In this document: piece by piece, positions 9,244 to 20,431 of the stretch | Numbering within the stretch: the first letter of the stretch is position 1 | Layout: each line of letters begins with the position of its first letter | Made by a program: the position numbers and the translations under genes | Assembly: GCA_012839925.1 (NCBI GenBank) | Contig: DUMJ01000042.1 | Coordinates: 31,441 to 95,440 of the forward strand | Reading direction: 5' to 3' | Length of the DNA: 64,000 nt | From: a bacterium | GTDB taxonomy: Bacteria; DUMJ01 | The notes under the pieces: model-generated | What the model saw: the letters and a program-made list of their open reading frames with translations, nothing else | What the model was told of the DNA's origin: nothing | The model's database searches: none

Positions 9244-11578
9244 GAAGAAGAATGATATATTACCGGTATTACCCTTAAAGAATATGGTTGTCTTTCCATC
9301 CACTATAGTCCCTGTCTATGTCGGGAGGGATCCTTCTGTCAGGGCTATAGAGTTATCCAGTGAATATGATAGAAATATCTTTGTGTTAACACAGAAGGAT
9401 AACGAACTGGATGACATAAATCCTTCAGACCTGTATGATATAGGGACAGTTGGAGAGATAATACAGACGATAAAGTTACCGGATGGAAGTTATAGAGCGG
9501 TGATAGAGGCTAAATATAGGGCTAAGGTCCTTGAATGTGTCTATTCAGAGACACTCTCTGCCTTTATCGCTAAGGTGGAGAAATTAGAAGATATCAGGGA
9601 AGACTCACTGGAACTGGAAGCACTCTCCAGGATAGTTTTATCAAAATTTGATGAATATATAAGACTGAATAAGGATATTCCTGAAGAGGCATCTATAAAT
9701 CTTGAAGAGGTAAGGGATGAACCGGATAAACTCGTAGATATTATTGCTTCTAATCTTCCAATTAGAAGTTCTGTAAAACAGGACCTGCTTTCTGTAGTCT
9801 CCCCTAAAGAGAGGTTACTCAAGCTTGCCGTTATATTGGAGAGAGAACTTAAAATACTCAGAATAGAGGAAGATATACAGGTTAAGGTCCAGAGAGAGGT
9901 AGAGGAGACTCAGCGGGAATATTATCTCAGGGCTAAATTGAAGGTTATACAGGAGGAGTTAGGCGAGAAAGAAGATTCCTCTGGTGCATCTTTCTATAAG
10001 GACAAGATTAAACTTTTAGGTTTATCAGAAGATACTGAAGATAAACTCATGGAAGAGGCAGATAGATTAAATAAAGTTCCTCCTTTTTCTCCAGAGAGTG
10101 GCGTAATAAAAACCTATCTGGACTGGATTATTGGCTTACCGTGGGGTGTCTATACTAAGGATAAACTTAATCTAAAGGATGTAAGGGCTACTCTTGATAA
10201 GAACCACTATGGTCTCCAGGAGGTAAAGGAAAGGATAATAGAATATTTGGCTGTTAAGAAATATGGTGGGACCAGGAAGAGTCCTATATTGTGTTTTGTT
10301 GGTCCTCCTGGAGTAGGGAAAACATCTCTGGCTCAATCCATAAGTACTGCTCTTGGCAGAAATTTTGTCAGGATTTCGCTTGGAGGTATAAGGGATGAGG
10401 CAGAGATAAGAGGACACAGGAGAACTTATGTTGGAGCTCTCCCAGGAAGGATAATCCAGGGTATGAAGCAGGCAAGGTCTTCTAATCCTGTCTTTCTTTT
10501 AGACGAGATAGATAAACTTGGAATAGATTTTAGAGGTGATCCCGCTTCTGCCTTATTGGAGGTTCTTGACCCTGAACAGAACAAGAATTTTAGTGATCAT
10601 TACCTTGAGATACCCTATAATCTCTCGCAGGTTTTCTTCATAACAACAGCCAATACTACCCAGAATATACCCCCAGCCCTTTTAGATAGAATGGAGATAC
10701 TGGATCTGAATGGATATACAGAAGAGGAGAAGCTCAATATTGCTAGTCGCTTTCTTATACCGAGATTGTCTAAGGAGCACAATATTAATAGAAAGAATAT
10801 CCCCATGAAGGAAGATATTATATTGAAGATTATAAGAGAGTATACCCGAGAGGCTGGAGTAAGAAATCTTGAAAGAGAGTTAGCAAAGATATTCCGTAAG
10901 GTTGTGGTATCATATCTGGAGGGTAAGAAGGGAGTTTTCAAGGTTGATGAGGAGAGCCTGATAGAATTGTTAGGTCCTCCCAGATTTTTGAGTGAATCTA
11001 TAGAGAAGAAACCAGAGGTAGGACTGGCAAATGGTTTAGCTTGGACAGAAGCTGGCGGAGAAGTCCTACCCATAGAAGTTATATATATGAAGGGAAAGGG
11101 TAACCTTATCCTTACCGGTCAGCTTGGTGATGTTATGAGAGAATCTGCTCAGGCAGCTTTTAGCTTTATAAAGAATAGAAGCGTCTATCTGGATATTACT
11201 CATAACTTCAGTGAAATAGATGTTCATATACATATACCCAAGGGGGCTATACCAAAAGATGGTCCCTCAGCAGGGATTACTATGGCATCCGCTTTAGCAT
11301 CAAGCCTTTCAGGTATACCATTAAGACAGGATGTGGCTATGACTGGAGAGATTACGGTAAGAGGAAGGGTTCTTCCTGTTGGTGGTATAAAAGAAAAACT
11401 TCTGGCAGCTTATAGTGCTGGCATCAGAGAGGTAATTATACCGAGAGAAAATGAGAGTGACCTGAGCAAGATCCCTGATGAGATAAAGAAGAACTTGATC
11501 ATTAGAAAGGTTTCTCATATGGATGAAGTCTTTCCAATAATCTTCTATAAGGAGGATGTCCTTGAGAGAGTTAGCTAA
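9236..11578 (+). CDS. lon: Lon protease
   Basis: [26 protein letters not shown] catalytic Ser, GGIKEK. Confidence 0.98.
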   Translation: MPRKKNDILPVLPLKNMVVFPSTIVPVYVGRDPSVRAIELSSEYDRNIFVLTQKDNELDDINPSDLYDIGTVGEIIQTIKLPDGSYRAVIEAKYRAKVLECVYSETLSAFIAKVEKLEDIREDSLELEALSRIVLSKFDEYIRLNKDIPEEASINLEEVRDEPDKLVDIIASNLPIRSSVKQDLLSVVSPKERLLKLAVILERELKILRIEEDIQVKVQREVEETQREYYLRAKLKVIQEELGEKEDSSGASFYKDKIKLLGLSEDTEDKLMEEADRLNKVPPFSPESGVIKTYLDWIIGLPWGVYTKDKLNLKDVRATLDKNHYGLQEVKERIIEYLAVKKYGGTRKSPILCFVGPPGVGKTSLAQSISTALGRNFVRISLGGIRDEAEIRGHRRTYVGALPGRIIQGMKQARSSNPVFLLDEIDKLGIDFRGDPASALLEVLDPEQNKNFSDHYLEIPYNLSQVFFITTANTTQNIPPALLDRMEILDLNGYTEEEKLNIASRFLIPRLSKEHNINRKNIPMKEDIILKIIREYTREAGVRNLERELAKIFRKVVVSYLEGKKGVFKVDEESLIELLGPPRFLSESIEKKPEVGLANGLAWTEAGGEVLPIEVIYMKGKGNLILTGQLGDVMRESAQAAFSFIKNRSVYLDITHNFSEIDVHIHIPKGAIPKDGPSAGITMASALASSLSGIPLRQDVAMTGEITVRGRVLPVGGIKEKLLAAYSAGIREVIIPRENESDLSKIPDEIKKNLIIRKVSHMDEVFPIIFYKEDVLERVS

Positions 11579-14174
11579 GGTCTATAATCCAGGAGAGATA
11601 GCTCAAAAATGGATAGATATATGGTTTAGCTCAGATATTTTTGCCCCTGATTTTAATAGGGGTAGTGAGGCATTTTCCATAGTATTACCACCTCCAAATG
11701 TAACTGGTAATCTTCACATAGGGCATGCACTTGGTTTTACCCTGGACGATGTGGTGGTTAGATATAAGAGGATGAAGGGTTTTGTAACTCTATGGGTTCC
11801 AGGTACAGACCATGCAGGGATAGCTACTCAGAATGTAGTGGAAAAAGAACTGGCTAAAGAAGGGTTGAGTAGATATGACCTTGGAAGAGAAAAGTTTTTG
11901 GAAAAGATATGGGAATGGAAAGATAGATACAGAAATAATATAGTTAACCAGCTCAGACAGATGGGCTTTAGCTGTGATTGGTCTAGAGAGAGATTTACTA
12001 TGGATGAACACTGCTCTAGAGCGGTTAGAACAGCATTTGTCTCTCTATATAAAAAAGGACTTATCTATAAAGGGGAAAGAATAATAAACTGGTGCCCCAG
12101 ATGCAAGACAGCTCTCTCTGATATAGAGGTAGAGTATGACGAGACTAAAGATAAACTATACTATATAAAATATCCATTAAAGGATGGAGGATATATTACT
12201 ATAGCTACGGTAAGACCTGAGACCATGCTGGGAGATACCGCTGTAGCAGTGAATCCTCAGGATGATAGATATAGAGGACTTATTGGTAAGATAGCTATAC
12301 TGCCACTGGTTGGTAGAGAGTTACCGATAATAGCTGATGAAGCTGTAGAATCAGATTTTGGAACGGGGGCTTTAAAGGTTACCCCTGCCCATGACCCGGC
12401 AGACTTTGAAATAGGTATCAGACACAGGCTTGATAGTATCAGAGTTATAGGTTTGGATGGCAGGATTGATTGTCCAGATATGGATACCTATACCGGTTTG
12501 GACAGGTTTGAAGCCAGAAAACTCATAGTAAGGCATCTGGAAGAGAATGGATATATAGAAAAGATAGAAGATTATACCCACAGTGTAGGGCAATGTGAGA
12601 GATGTGGAACTATAGTTGAACCCTTACTCTCATCCCAATGGTTTGTTTCAATGAAACCCCTGGCTCAAAAGGCATTAGAACGTGATAATGAGGTAAGATT
12701 TATACCAGAGAGATGGAGAAAGGTATATCATGATTGGTTGTTAAATATAAGAGACTGGTGTATTTCCAGACAGATATGGTGGGGACACAGGATACCGGTA
12801 TGGTACTGTGGGGATTGTAATGAAACCATAGTTGAAATGGAAGATCCGACTTCCTGCCCTAAGTGTGGGGGAAATAATTTAAAACAGGAAGAGGACGTTC
12901 TAGATACCTGGTTCAGTTCTGCCCTCTGGCCTATGAGTACCCTTGGCTGGCCGGATGAAACAGAGGACTTTAAGAAATTTTACCCGACTTCTCTTCTCAT
13001 AACCGGTTATGACATTATTTATTTCTGGGTAGCAAGGATGATAATGATGGGTTTGGAGTTCAGTGATAAGATGCCATTTAAAGATGTCTATATAACAGGG
13101 CTGGTTAGAGATGAGAAGGGGCGTAAGATGAGTAAATCTTTAGGGAATGTGATAGACCCTATGGAGATAGTTCGAGACCTTGGAACAGATAGTTTGAGAT
13201 TTGCCTTAACATCTCTGGTCACAGAAGGACAGGATGTAAACATAGGGAATGAAAAACTGGAAGGTGCTAGAAATTTTGCCAATAAGATATGGAATGCAGG
13301 AAGATTTATTCTTATGAGTATCTCTGATCCAGAAGTGCCATCTTCGCTTAATGAACTGGATATATTCAGTAGGTGGATATTGACAGTTATGGAAGAGACG
13401 ATAGAGAAAGCCACTATATGTTATGATAAGTATGATTTTAATGAGATAACTCAGCTTTTGTACAGCTTTTTCTGGGGTGATTTTTGTGATTGGTATATAG
13501 AGGTATCAAAGATACTCCTGAAGACTAATCCGGGTCATACAAGTTGGGTGCTACTTACTGTATTTAGAAATTATCTTAAACTCCTCCATCCCATTATGCC
13601 ATTTATTACAGAGGAACTCTGGAGTTATGTAAAGGATGAAGGAGATGATATTTTATCCCTCTCTAACTGGCCAGCTGACACAGGCTTTAAAGACCAGGAT
13701 AGCGTTAAGAAAGTTAATCTTATATTTGACATCATAAAAGCTATGAGGTCTTTAAAGCAGGAGATGGGGATACCGTTTGAAAAGAAGATAGCTGGTTTTG
13801 TGCATAGCAGGATGTATAATGAGCTCCTTTTATCCAATGTTCGTGTTATTTCTACCTTAGCCAGGATAGAACCGATAGATATACTACCAGAGTTATTACC
13901 CCCTCGGAAAGGGATTATCTCTAATATACAGCCAGACTTTGAAGTATATCTTGAGGTTGGCGGGGTAATAAATATAGATGAAGAGATAGAGAGACTTAAG
14001 AAGAAAATGGAAGAGATAGATTTGCAGATATGTAAGATTGAATCAAGACTTAGCAACAGGGATTTTCTTTTAAAAGCCAGGGAAGAAGCAAAAGAGAAAG
14101 AGAGGAATAGAAGAGAGAATTTATTAAAAGAGAAAGAAAAACTCTTACAGAGGTTAGCTCTTCTATCTTCCTAA
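11556..14174 (+). CDS. valS: Valine--tRNA ligase
   Basis: [26 protein letters not shown]-terminal coiled coil; true start may be TTG at 11562 given RBS spacing. Confidence 0.98.
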   Translation: MSLRELAKVYNPGEIAQKWIDIWFSSDIFAPDFNRGSEAFSIVLPPPNVTGNLHIGHALGFTLDDVVVRYKRMKGFVTLWVPGTDHAGIATQNVVEKELAKEGLSRYDLGREKFLEKIWEWKDRYRNNIVNQLRQMGFSCDWSRERFTMDEHCSRAVRTAFVSLYKKGLIYKGERIINWCPRCKTALSDIEVEYDETKDKLYYIKYPLKDGGYITIATVRPETMLGDTAVAVNPQDDRYRGLIGKIAILPLVGRELPIIADEAVESDFGTGALKVTPAHDPADFEIGIRHRLDSIRVIGLDGRIDCPDMDTYTGLDRFEARKLIVRHLEENGYIEKIEDYTHSVGQCERCGTIVEPLLSSQWFVSMKPLAQKALERDNEVRFIPERWRKVYHDWLLNIRDWCISRQIWWGHRIPVWYCGDCNETIVEMEDPTSCPKCGGNNLKQEEDVLDTWFSSALWPMSTLGWPDETEDFKKFYPTSLLITGYDIIYFWVARMIMMGLEFSDKMPFKDVYITGLVRDEKGRKMSKSLGNVIDPMEIVRDLGTDSLRFALTSLVTEGQDVNIGNEKLEGARNFANKIWNAGRFILMSISDPEVPSSLNELDIFSRWILTVMEETIEKATICYDKYDFNEITQLLYSFFWGDFCDWYIEVSKILLKTNPGHTSWVLLTVFRNYLKLLHPIMPFITEELWSYVKDEGDDILSLSNWPADTGFKDQDSVKKVNLIFDIIKAMRSLKQEMGIPFEKKIAGFVHSRMYNELLLSNVRVISTLARIEPIDILPELLPPRKGIISNIQPDFEVYLEVGGVINIDEEIERLKKKMEEIDLQICKIESRLSNRDFLLKAREEAKEKERNRRENLLKEKEKLLQRLALLSS

Positions 14175-14177
14175 TAG

Positions 14178-15479
14178 ATGGATATATCGTATCAGGATGC
14201 CATAGAGATTATAGAGGGTCTCTCTAATTTTGGCTCAAAGCTGGGTTTGGACCGTATCAAGAGGCTTCTGGATAGATTAGATAATCCTCAGGATAAGATA
14301 CCCGTTATTCATATTGGTGGAACAAACGGAAAAGGTTCTGTCTCAAGGATGATCTCATCTGTACTTACCAGAGCTGGCTATAAGGTTGGACTTTATACAT
14401 CTCCTCACCTTCATTCGATACGGGAAAGGATACAGATTAATAATAGATTAATAGACAAAGATTCTTTTGTAAATACATTAAAGATTCTGCTCCCCTATAT
14501 AGAAGAGCTCACTGATGAAGATGCCGATTTTTATCTTACCGAGTTTGAGATACTGACCGCTATGGCGTTCCTGTACTTTTATATGTCTAAGGTAGACGTA
14601 GTAGTTTTGGAAGTTGGACTGGGTGGGAGATTAGATGCTACCAATGTGGTAAATAATGTTTTGGTCTCAGTGATTACCAATGTGGATTGGGACCATATGG
14701 ATAGATTGGGTAATACTTTAAGTCTCATAGGTAGAGAGAAGGCTGGGATAATAAAGAGAGGAGTCCCGGTTGTTACAGGAGCCAGGGGAGAAGGGTTAGA
14801 TGTAATAGCTGATACTGCTAAGAAGCTGGATTCAAATCTATATATCTTGGGAAGAGATTTCTCAGCAGATTGGTATGTGCTATCTCAGGCTGGTACTGAG
14901 ATGGGTTTTAGAAATGAGATAAAGAGAGAAGAGCTTTTTACCGGGCTCAGAGGTACATATCAGGTAGACAATATGTCCATCGCTATGATGGGATTAGAGA
15001 TAATAAAAAATAGTTTACATTTTTCAGATTCTAGTCTTTTTCAGGGTTTGGCTGAGACATTCTGGCCAGGGAGGATGGAGATTGTTTCAAGAGACCCGTT
15101 AGTATTACTTGATGGTGCTCATAATAAGGGAGGAGCTGAAAAATTTGCCAGTTCTCTGAAGATTCTATTCGATATTAAACCCACACTGGTTGTAGGAATG
15201 CTTAAAGATAAAGATTCCTATGGTATAATAAGTTCAGTACTATCTCTGGCAAAAGAAGATGTTGTTGTAACGTCACCTAGGAATAGCAGAGCTCTCGATG
15301 CAGAAGCTTTGGGTAAAGTGGTTAAGGATCTGGGAGGTAATCCTATAGTTGTTCCTGATGTGAAAGAAAGTGTTAAGATGGCGATTCAGTTGGACTCTGA
15401 CTTTATCTCTGTTATGGGCTCTCTATATGTAGTTGCAGAAGCCCGAGAGGTATTTGTAAATGGGATAGAGAGAGACTAA
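14178..15479 (+). CDS. folC: Folylpolyglutamate synthase/dihydrofolate synthase
   Basis: GTNGKGS, TSPHL, EVGLGGRLDATN, WPGR, DGAHN; canonical valS-folC. Confidence 0.96.
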   Translation: MDISYQDAIEIIEGLSNFGSKLGLDRIKRLLDRLDNPQDKIPVIHIGGTNGKGSVSRMISSVLTRAGYKVGLYTSPHLHSIRERIQINNRLIDKDSFVNTLKILLPYIEELTDEDADFYLTEFEILTAMAFLYFYMSKVDVVVLEVGLGGRLDATNVVNNVLVSVITNVDWDHMDRLGNTLSLIGREKAGIIKRGVPVVTGARGEGLDVIADTAKKLDSNLYILGRDFSADWYVLSQAGTEMGFRNEIKREELFTGLRGTYQVDNMSIAMMGLEIIKNSLHFSDSSLFQGLAETFWPGRMEIVSRDPLVLLDGAHNKGGAEKFASSLKILFDIKPTLVVGMLKDKDSYGIISSVLSLAKEDVVVTSPRNSRALDAEALGKVVKDLGGNPIVVPDVKESVKMAIQLDSDFISVMGSLYVVAEAREVFVNGIERD

Positions 15480-15499
15480 ATACATGAGGTGAATCAATA

Positions 15500-15835
15500 A
15501 TGAAATTAAAAGACCTTGAAGAATTACTGTCTGCTAAAGTATTATATGGAGAGTCCCTGCTCGATAAGGATGTGGATTATTTCTATGCCTCAGACCTTAT
15601 GAGTGATATATTAGCCACAGTTAAGGAACCAGGTGTTTTGATCACCGCTATGGTTCAACCTCAGGTAATGAGGACTATTCAGATGCTGGACCTTATTGGA
15701 GTTATCTTTGTAAATGGTAAGTGTCCGCCAGAAGATACGCTCAGGCTAGCCAGATCTATTGAAATTCCAGTACTGGTTACCAGATGTTCTATGTTTGAGA
15801 CCTGTGGAAAGATATATATGTCTCTGGTAAAATGA
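15500..15835 (+). CDS. DRTGG-domain protein (hydrogenase-cluster associated)
   Basis: ASDLMSDIL...FETCGKIY pattern; paralogous to 17978-18313. Confidence 0.8.
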   Translation: MKLKDLEELLSAKVLYGESLLDKDVDYFYASDLMSDILATVKEPGVLITAMVQPQVMRTIQMLDLIGVIFVNGKCPPEDTLRLARSIEIPVLVTRCSMFETCGKIYMSLVK

Positions 15836-16698
15836 GAGAAATCGAAAGAGATTTTTATGCCCTTTTAACACTTCCAGTCTCACTTATAATGAATTCTAAT
15901 ATGCCAAAGATCTTGCCTGATAGAAAGGTCTCACAGGTAAGAGAGATACTGCGGATAAATCAACTGGATGGAGTCGCTATAACCGATGAGGAGAGTAGGC
16001 TGGTGGGTATAGTCACCATGTATGACCTTCTCAAGGCTATAGAGGAAAATAAGAGGGACGTTCCTGTCGAAGAGATAATGACTGAGGATGTTATAACTCT
16101 TTCTCCTCATAATACTTTAGCGGACGCCATAGAGTATTTTCGTGTCTATGGGTATGGAAGATTTCCTGTTGTCGATGAGAATAAGGTTTTCCTTGGTATG
16201 GTAACCCCTTTAGACATAGTTATAAGACTTCCCAGTTTGAAAGAAGAGAAGGAAGAGATTAAAGAGGAGGAAAAGAGCAGGGTAGTAAGGCTTGAATTCT
16301 CAATTGAGGGTGGAGATTTTATTAATGGTGGAGAGGCTTCAAGTAAGATAAAAAGATACCTCCAAAATTTGGGATTACCCAATCATATTATTAGAAGAGT
16401 AGCTGTCGCCAGTTATGAAATGGAGATGAATATGGTAATACATGCCTATAGAGGTAAATTACTTATTGAGATATCTTCTGACAAGATTGTTATAAAGGCT
16501 ATAGATGAGGGACCTGGTATAGAAGACGTGGAGAAAGCCAAACAGCCTGGCTATTCGACCGCCTCTCCAAAAGTGAGAGAGTTAGGATTTGGTGCCGGGA
16601 TGGGACTTCCAAATATAATCTCCTGTTCAGATGAGTTTGATATAAAGAGTGCTGTTGGGGTGGGCACAGAAGTAACATCAATAATATATATAAGGTAG
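15832..16698 (+). CDS. CBS-pair plus RsbT/anti-sigma-type Ser/Thr kinase (HATPase_c) fusion
   Basis: Two CBS repeats then YEMEMNMVIHA, DEGPGI, GYSTA, GFGAGMGL, GT boxes. Confidence 0.85.
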   Translation: MREIERDFYALLTLPVSLIMNSNMPKILPDRKVSQVREILRINQLDGVAITDEESRLVGIVTMYDLLKAIEENKRDVPVEEIMTEDVITLSPHNTLADAIEYFRVYGYGRFPVVDENKVFLGMVTPLDIVIRLPSLKEEKEEIKEEEKSRVVRLEFSIEGGDFINGGEASSKIKRYLQNLGLPNHIIRRVAVASYEMEMNMVIHAYRGKLLIEISSDKIVIKAIDEGPGIEDVEKAKQPGYSTASPKVRELGFGAGMGLPNIISCSDEFDIKSAVGVGTEVTSIIYIR

Positions 16699-16699
16699 G

Positions 16700-17974
16700 A
16701 TGAATGTTATGAGTATGATAAGGATAAACAAGGACCTGTGTAAGGGGTGTGTAAACTGTATAAGGGTTTGTCCCACGGAAGCTTTGAGGGTAAGATTTGG
16801 TAAGGTGGTTCTTTTAGAGGATAGATGTATAGATTGCGGTGAGTGTATAATAGCCTGTCCTGAACATGCCATAGAAGCAGAGACAGAAGAGGTCAGGGAT
16901 ATGTCTAACTATAGGATGAAGGTTGCTCTTGTAAGTTCTGTCCTTTATGCCCAGTTTGGATTGGATGTATCACCATACCTTATAAGGTCCGCTGTAAAAG
17001 AGATGGGTTTTGACCTTATTATGGATGTGGCTTTTGGCACTGAGGTTTCTACCCTCTATCTCAGAGAGTTAGTAAGAGAAAATCCTGAAAAACTTTATAT
17101 ATCTTCAATGTGTCCTTCAGTTGTTAAATTGATACAGATCAGATTCCCTTCTCTGGTAGAGTGTCTTACCCCTATAGCCTCACCTGAAGAGATATCAGCC
17201 AGATATATAAAAGAAAAGCTTATATCTGAAGGTTACAGGGAAGATGAGGTTGGAGTATTCCTTATTACTCCCTGTACTGCCAAAAGTGCAGATATAAAAG
17301 AGGGGAGAGGCTCTCATTATATAAATGGTACCATATCAGTCTCTGAGGCTTACAAATATATAATAAAGTCTCTTAAGACAGTAAAAGAGGATCGTAGTGG
17401 TCCTATCTTTGGGGAAGGAATAAGCTGGGTGAGAGATGGAGGAGAGGCTAAGAGCCTTGGCATATTAAATTACCTGGTTGTCGATGGGGTGAAGAATGTA
17501 CTGAAAGTTTTGGATGACCTGGAGCTGGGTAAACTGAGAGGAATAAATTTTATTGAGGGAAGAATGTGTGGGGGAGGTTGTGTTGGTGGTCCTTTAAATG
17601 TTCAGAACCCGTATCTTGCCAGGGTAAAGATAAGGATGTTAGAGGATACCTACAAGGAGAGTATAGATAAATCTCTATATGAATATCTGGAAGCTAATGA
17701 CTACTTTGCTGGAGAGGAAATCAGGGTTGATTCTTCTCCATACAAATTAGGTGAAGACGTCAGCAGTGCTATAGAGAGGATGCAGGAACTGGAGGAGATA
17801 CTAAAAACTTTACCCGGTATCGATTGTGGCTCCTGTGGAGCTCCAACCTGCAGGGCTTTGGCAGAGGATATAGTAAGTGGAGATGCCAGAATAACAGACT
17901 GTATCTTTAAGCTTAAAGACAATATTGAAGAGTATGCCAGAAGTTTATTAAAAATGATTAGAGAGGTAAAATAA
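16700..17974 (+). CDS. Sensory-type (group C/D-like) [FeFe]-hydrogenase-like protein with N-terminal 2[4Fe-4S] and C-terminal FeS domain
   Basis: CxxCxxCxxxCP twice; H-cluster motifs SSMCP, TPCTAK, EGRMCGGGCVGG; C-terminal LPGIDCGSCGAPTC...C. Confidence 0.85.
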   Translation: MNVMSMIRINKDLCKGCVNCIRVCPTEALRVRFGKVVLLEDRCIDCGECIIACPEHAIEAETEEVRDMSNYRMKVALVSSVLYAQFGLDVSPYLIRSAVKEMGFDLIMDVAFGTEVSTLYLRELVRENPEKLYISSMCPSVVKLIQIRFPSLVECLTPIASPEEISARYIKEKLISEGYREDEVGVFLITPCTAKSADIKEGRGSHYINGTISVSEAYKYIIKSLKTVKEDRSGPIFGEGISWVRDGGEAKSLGILNYLVVDGVKNVLKVLDDLELGKLRGINFIEGRMCGGGCVGGPLNVQNPYLARVKIRMLEDTYKESIDKSLYEYLEANDYFAGEEIRVDSSPYKLGEDVSSAIERMQELEEILKTLPGIDCGSCGAPTCRALAEDIVSGDARITDCIFKLKDNIEEYARSLLKMIREVK

Positions 17975-17977
17975 TAT

Positions 17978-18313
17978 ATGACGTTTAGAGAATTACTTGG
18001 GAATTTGCCATTAGAAAACCTGGGGGATGATTTTGATCTGGATAAGTCCCCCAGGGGTGGGTATGTGGGAGACCTGCTCAGTAACGTAATGAGATTTGCC
18101 AAAGAGGGCAATGTCTGGATCACTGTTCAAACTCATATAAATGTTATAGCGGTTGCTACTCTGGTTGGCATAAGTGGGATAATATTCCCCTGTGGAGTAG
18201 AACCTCCAGAAGAGACTATAAAGAAAGCCAGGGAGGAACATATAGCTCTCCTTACCACAAAGTTAGATGCCTTTACACTCTGTGGTAAAATATATGAGTT
18301 AGGTATTAGATGA
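17978..18313 (+). CDS. DRTGG-domain protein
   Basis: GGYVGDLLSNVM, WITVQTH.N..AVA, FTLCGKIY. Confidence 0.82.
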   Translation: MTFRELLGNLPLENLGDDFDLDKSPRGGYVGDLLSNVMRFAKEGNVWITVQTHINVIAVATLVGISGIIFPCGVEPPEETIKKAREEHIALLTTKLDAFTLCGKIYELGIR

Positions 18314-19059
18314 GATTTGCTTTGGACCTCCATATACATACTCTTTTATCTCCCTGTGCGGGGATAGAGATGATACCTGTAAATATAGTGAGGAGAGTGC
18401 AGGAAGTAGGAATTGATATAATGGCTGTTACTGACCATAATGCAGTGGGTAATGCTGAAAGTGTGATAAAGTCCGCATTAAAGTATGCACCGGGTCTTGG
18501 GGTCTTTCCAGGGATTGAGGTCACCTCTAAAGAAGAGGTTCATATATTGGGGATTCTACCCTCGGTGGAATCTGCCAGGAAACTTGAATCTATGATACAC
18601 TCCCACCTGGTTAATCCTCCGGTAAAAGATTCTCTCGCTGAACAATTGATAGTTGATGAAGATGCAAACTTTATTAGATATGAAGAACATTTTCTTATGG
18701 GGGCGACAGACTTTTCTGTAGAAGAAGTATCAGATCTGATTCACTCTTTTGATGGGATAGTTATACCTGCTCACATTGACAGAGAGTCCTTTGGTCTTAT
18801 ATATAATCTTGGGTTATTTCCTCCCGATCTTGAGGTAGATGCAGTAGAGGTTTCCAAATTTGCTAAAGAAAGCACTTTAGTAAACCTTAGACGTCTTATC
18901 CCTCCGGATGTTCCGGTATTATTTTCCAGTGATGCCCATTTCCTGGATGATATAGTTCCTCCCAGAAGTTTCTTAGAATTGATGGATAAGAGTTTTGATT
19001 CATTAAAAGAAGCATTAAAAAATTATGGATATGTCAGGAATCATAAAACAGGAGGTTAA
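18310..19059 (+). CDS. PHP-domain phosphoesterase
   Basis: DLHIHT.LSPC, TDHN, GIEV...EEVH, PAHIDR, SSDAH. Confidence 0.88.
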   Translation: MRFALDLHIHTLLSPCAGIEMIPVNIVRRVQEVGIDIMAVTDHNAVGNAESVIKSALKYAPGLGVFPGIEVTSKEEVHILGILPSVESARKLESMIHSHLVNPPVKDSLAEQLIVDEDANFIRYEEHFLMGATDFSVEEVSDLIHSFDGIVIPAHIDRESFGLIYNLGLFPPDLEVDAVEVSKFAKESTLVNLRRLIPPDVPVLFSSDAHFLDDIVPPRSFLELMDKSFDSLKEALKNYGYVRNHKTGG

Positions 19060-19061
19060 AG

Positions 19062-19523
19062 ATGGATTCGACTCAGATAAGGCAGTTAAATGAAATAATA
19101 TCCAGATGGACAGGTAAACCTGGAGCCTTGATGCCAGTTCTTCAGGAGATTCAGGAGAAGTTTGGATATATCCCTGAAGATGCGATGAAAGAAGTATCTG
19201 CAAAATTGAATATTCCATTACCTGAGGTATACGGTGTGGTGACCTTCTATCATTTCTTCTCACTGAAACCCAAGGGGAAATATAAGATTCAAGTATGTGA
19301 AGGGACGGCATGCTATGTAAAGGGTGCAAAAAGGGTGTTAGAGAAGTTTGAAGAGGTTTTAGGTATAAAAGTTGGAGACGTCACTCCTGATGGCAAGTTT
19401 TCTATAGAGAGTGTAAGGTGTATAGGAGCGTGCAGCCACGCACCAGCTGTTATGATAAATGACCAGGTGTATGGTCGTATGAATTCGGAAAAAGTATCAC
19501 AGTTGATAAAGACACTCAAATGA
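19062..19523 (+). CDS. hydC: NuoE/HydC-type [2Fe-2S] subunit
   Basis: GVVTFY, C-x4-C (CEGTAC) and C-x3-C (CIGAC). Confidence 0.9.
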   Translation: MDSTQIRQLNEIISRWTGKPGALMPVLQEIQEKFGYIPEDAMKEVSAKLNIPLPEVYGVVTFYHFFSLKPKGKYKIQVCEGTACYVKGAKRVLEKFEEVLGIKVGDVTPDGKFSIESVRCIGACSHAPAVMINDQVYGRMNSEKVSQLIKTLK

Positions 19524-20062
19524 TGGAAGAACTTTCCCTGCATATTCTGGATATAGCTGAGAATGGTATAAATGCCGGGGCGAACTGTGTAGAGATAGAA
19601 GTGGATATTGAGAAAAGTAAGGACCTTATGACTATAAAGGTCAGGGATAACGGTAAGGGGATGGACTCTGAAATTCTGGATAAGATAAGAGACCCTTTTT
19701 TCACAACCAGAACTACCCGTAAGGTGGGGCTGGGAGTATCCTTTTTAGACGAACTGGCAGAGCTTACTGGGGGAAGACTTGATATAGATTCTACGCCGGG
19801 TATAGGGACCACTGTCAGGTTGGAGCTTCCTATCAGTCATCCAGATAGACCACCTTTAGGGGATATCATCTCCACTCTTATAACTTTATCTATGATCAAT
19901 ACTGAAGTAAGGATAACTTATGTTGAAAGGAGAGATGATAAGGTCTGGTCCTTTGACTCTGATCAGATTAAGGATTTTCTGACTGACTACTCCTTATTGG
20001 GGAAAATAAAAGAAATATTATATAATAGTTATAAAGATTTTATTGGAGGTGAACTAATTTGA
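19520..20062 (+). CDS. Stand-alone HATPase_c (histidine-kinase-like ATPase)
   Basis: ELSLHILDIAEN, DNGKGM, DPFFTTRTTRKVGLG, GT, HPDRPPLGD; no HisKA domain. Confidence 0.85.
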   Translation: MMEELSLHILDIAENGINAGANCVEIEVDIEKSKDLMTIKVRDNGKGMDSEILDKIRDPFFTTRTTRKVGLGVSFLDELAELTGGRLDIDSTPGIGTTVRLELPISHPDRPPLGDIISTLITLSMINTEVRITYVERRDDKVWSFDSDQIKDFLTDYSLLGKIKEILYNSYKDFIGGELI

Positions 20063-20430
20063 AATCTTTAGAAGATTTAAAAAGAATAAGAGAGCAGGCG
20101 CAGGCTCAGATAAAACTTAGAACTCAGGAAGCTAACACAAAGATAATAGTTGGGATGGGAACCTGTGGTATAGCCGCAGGTGCAAGAGAGACCCTTATGG
20201 CTATCCTGGATGAGTTATCAAAGAGAAATATTCAGGATGTGGTGGTTACTCAGACTGGATGTGTAGGATTATGCGAGTATGAACCTCTGGTAAACGTTGT
20301 AAAGCCAGGACAACCAAAAATTACCTATATGAAAGTAACTCCAGAGAGAGCAAGACAGATAGTTGCAAGTCACATAGTAAATGACCAGATTATAAATGAA
20401 TGGGTATTGAGTACAGAAGAAGGAGCATAG
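20059..20430 (+). CDS. Thioredoxin-like ferredoxin subunit (HydD/HndB-like)
   Basis: VGMGTCGIAAGA, TGCVGLCEYEP; TTG start with GGAGGTG RBS. Confidence 0.85.
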   Translation: MKSLEDLKRIREQAQAQIKLRTQEANTKIIVGMGTCGIAAGARETLMAILDELSKRNIQDVVVTQTGCVGLCEYEPLVNVVKPGQPKITYMKVTPERARQIVASHIVNDQIINEWVLSTEEGA

Positions 20431-20431
20431 T

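Noticed and set aside
16700-17974. Prototypical catalytic HydA of a HydABC enzyme
   Set aside because: Lacks the N-terminal [2Fe-2S]/His-ligated clusters of A3 HydA and the proton-relay Cys; fits the sensory-type group
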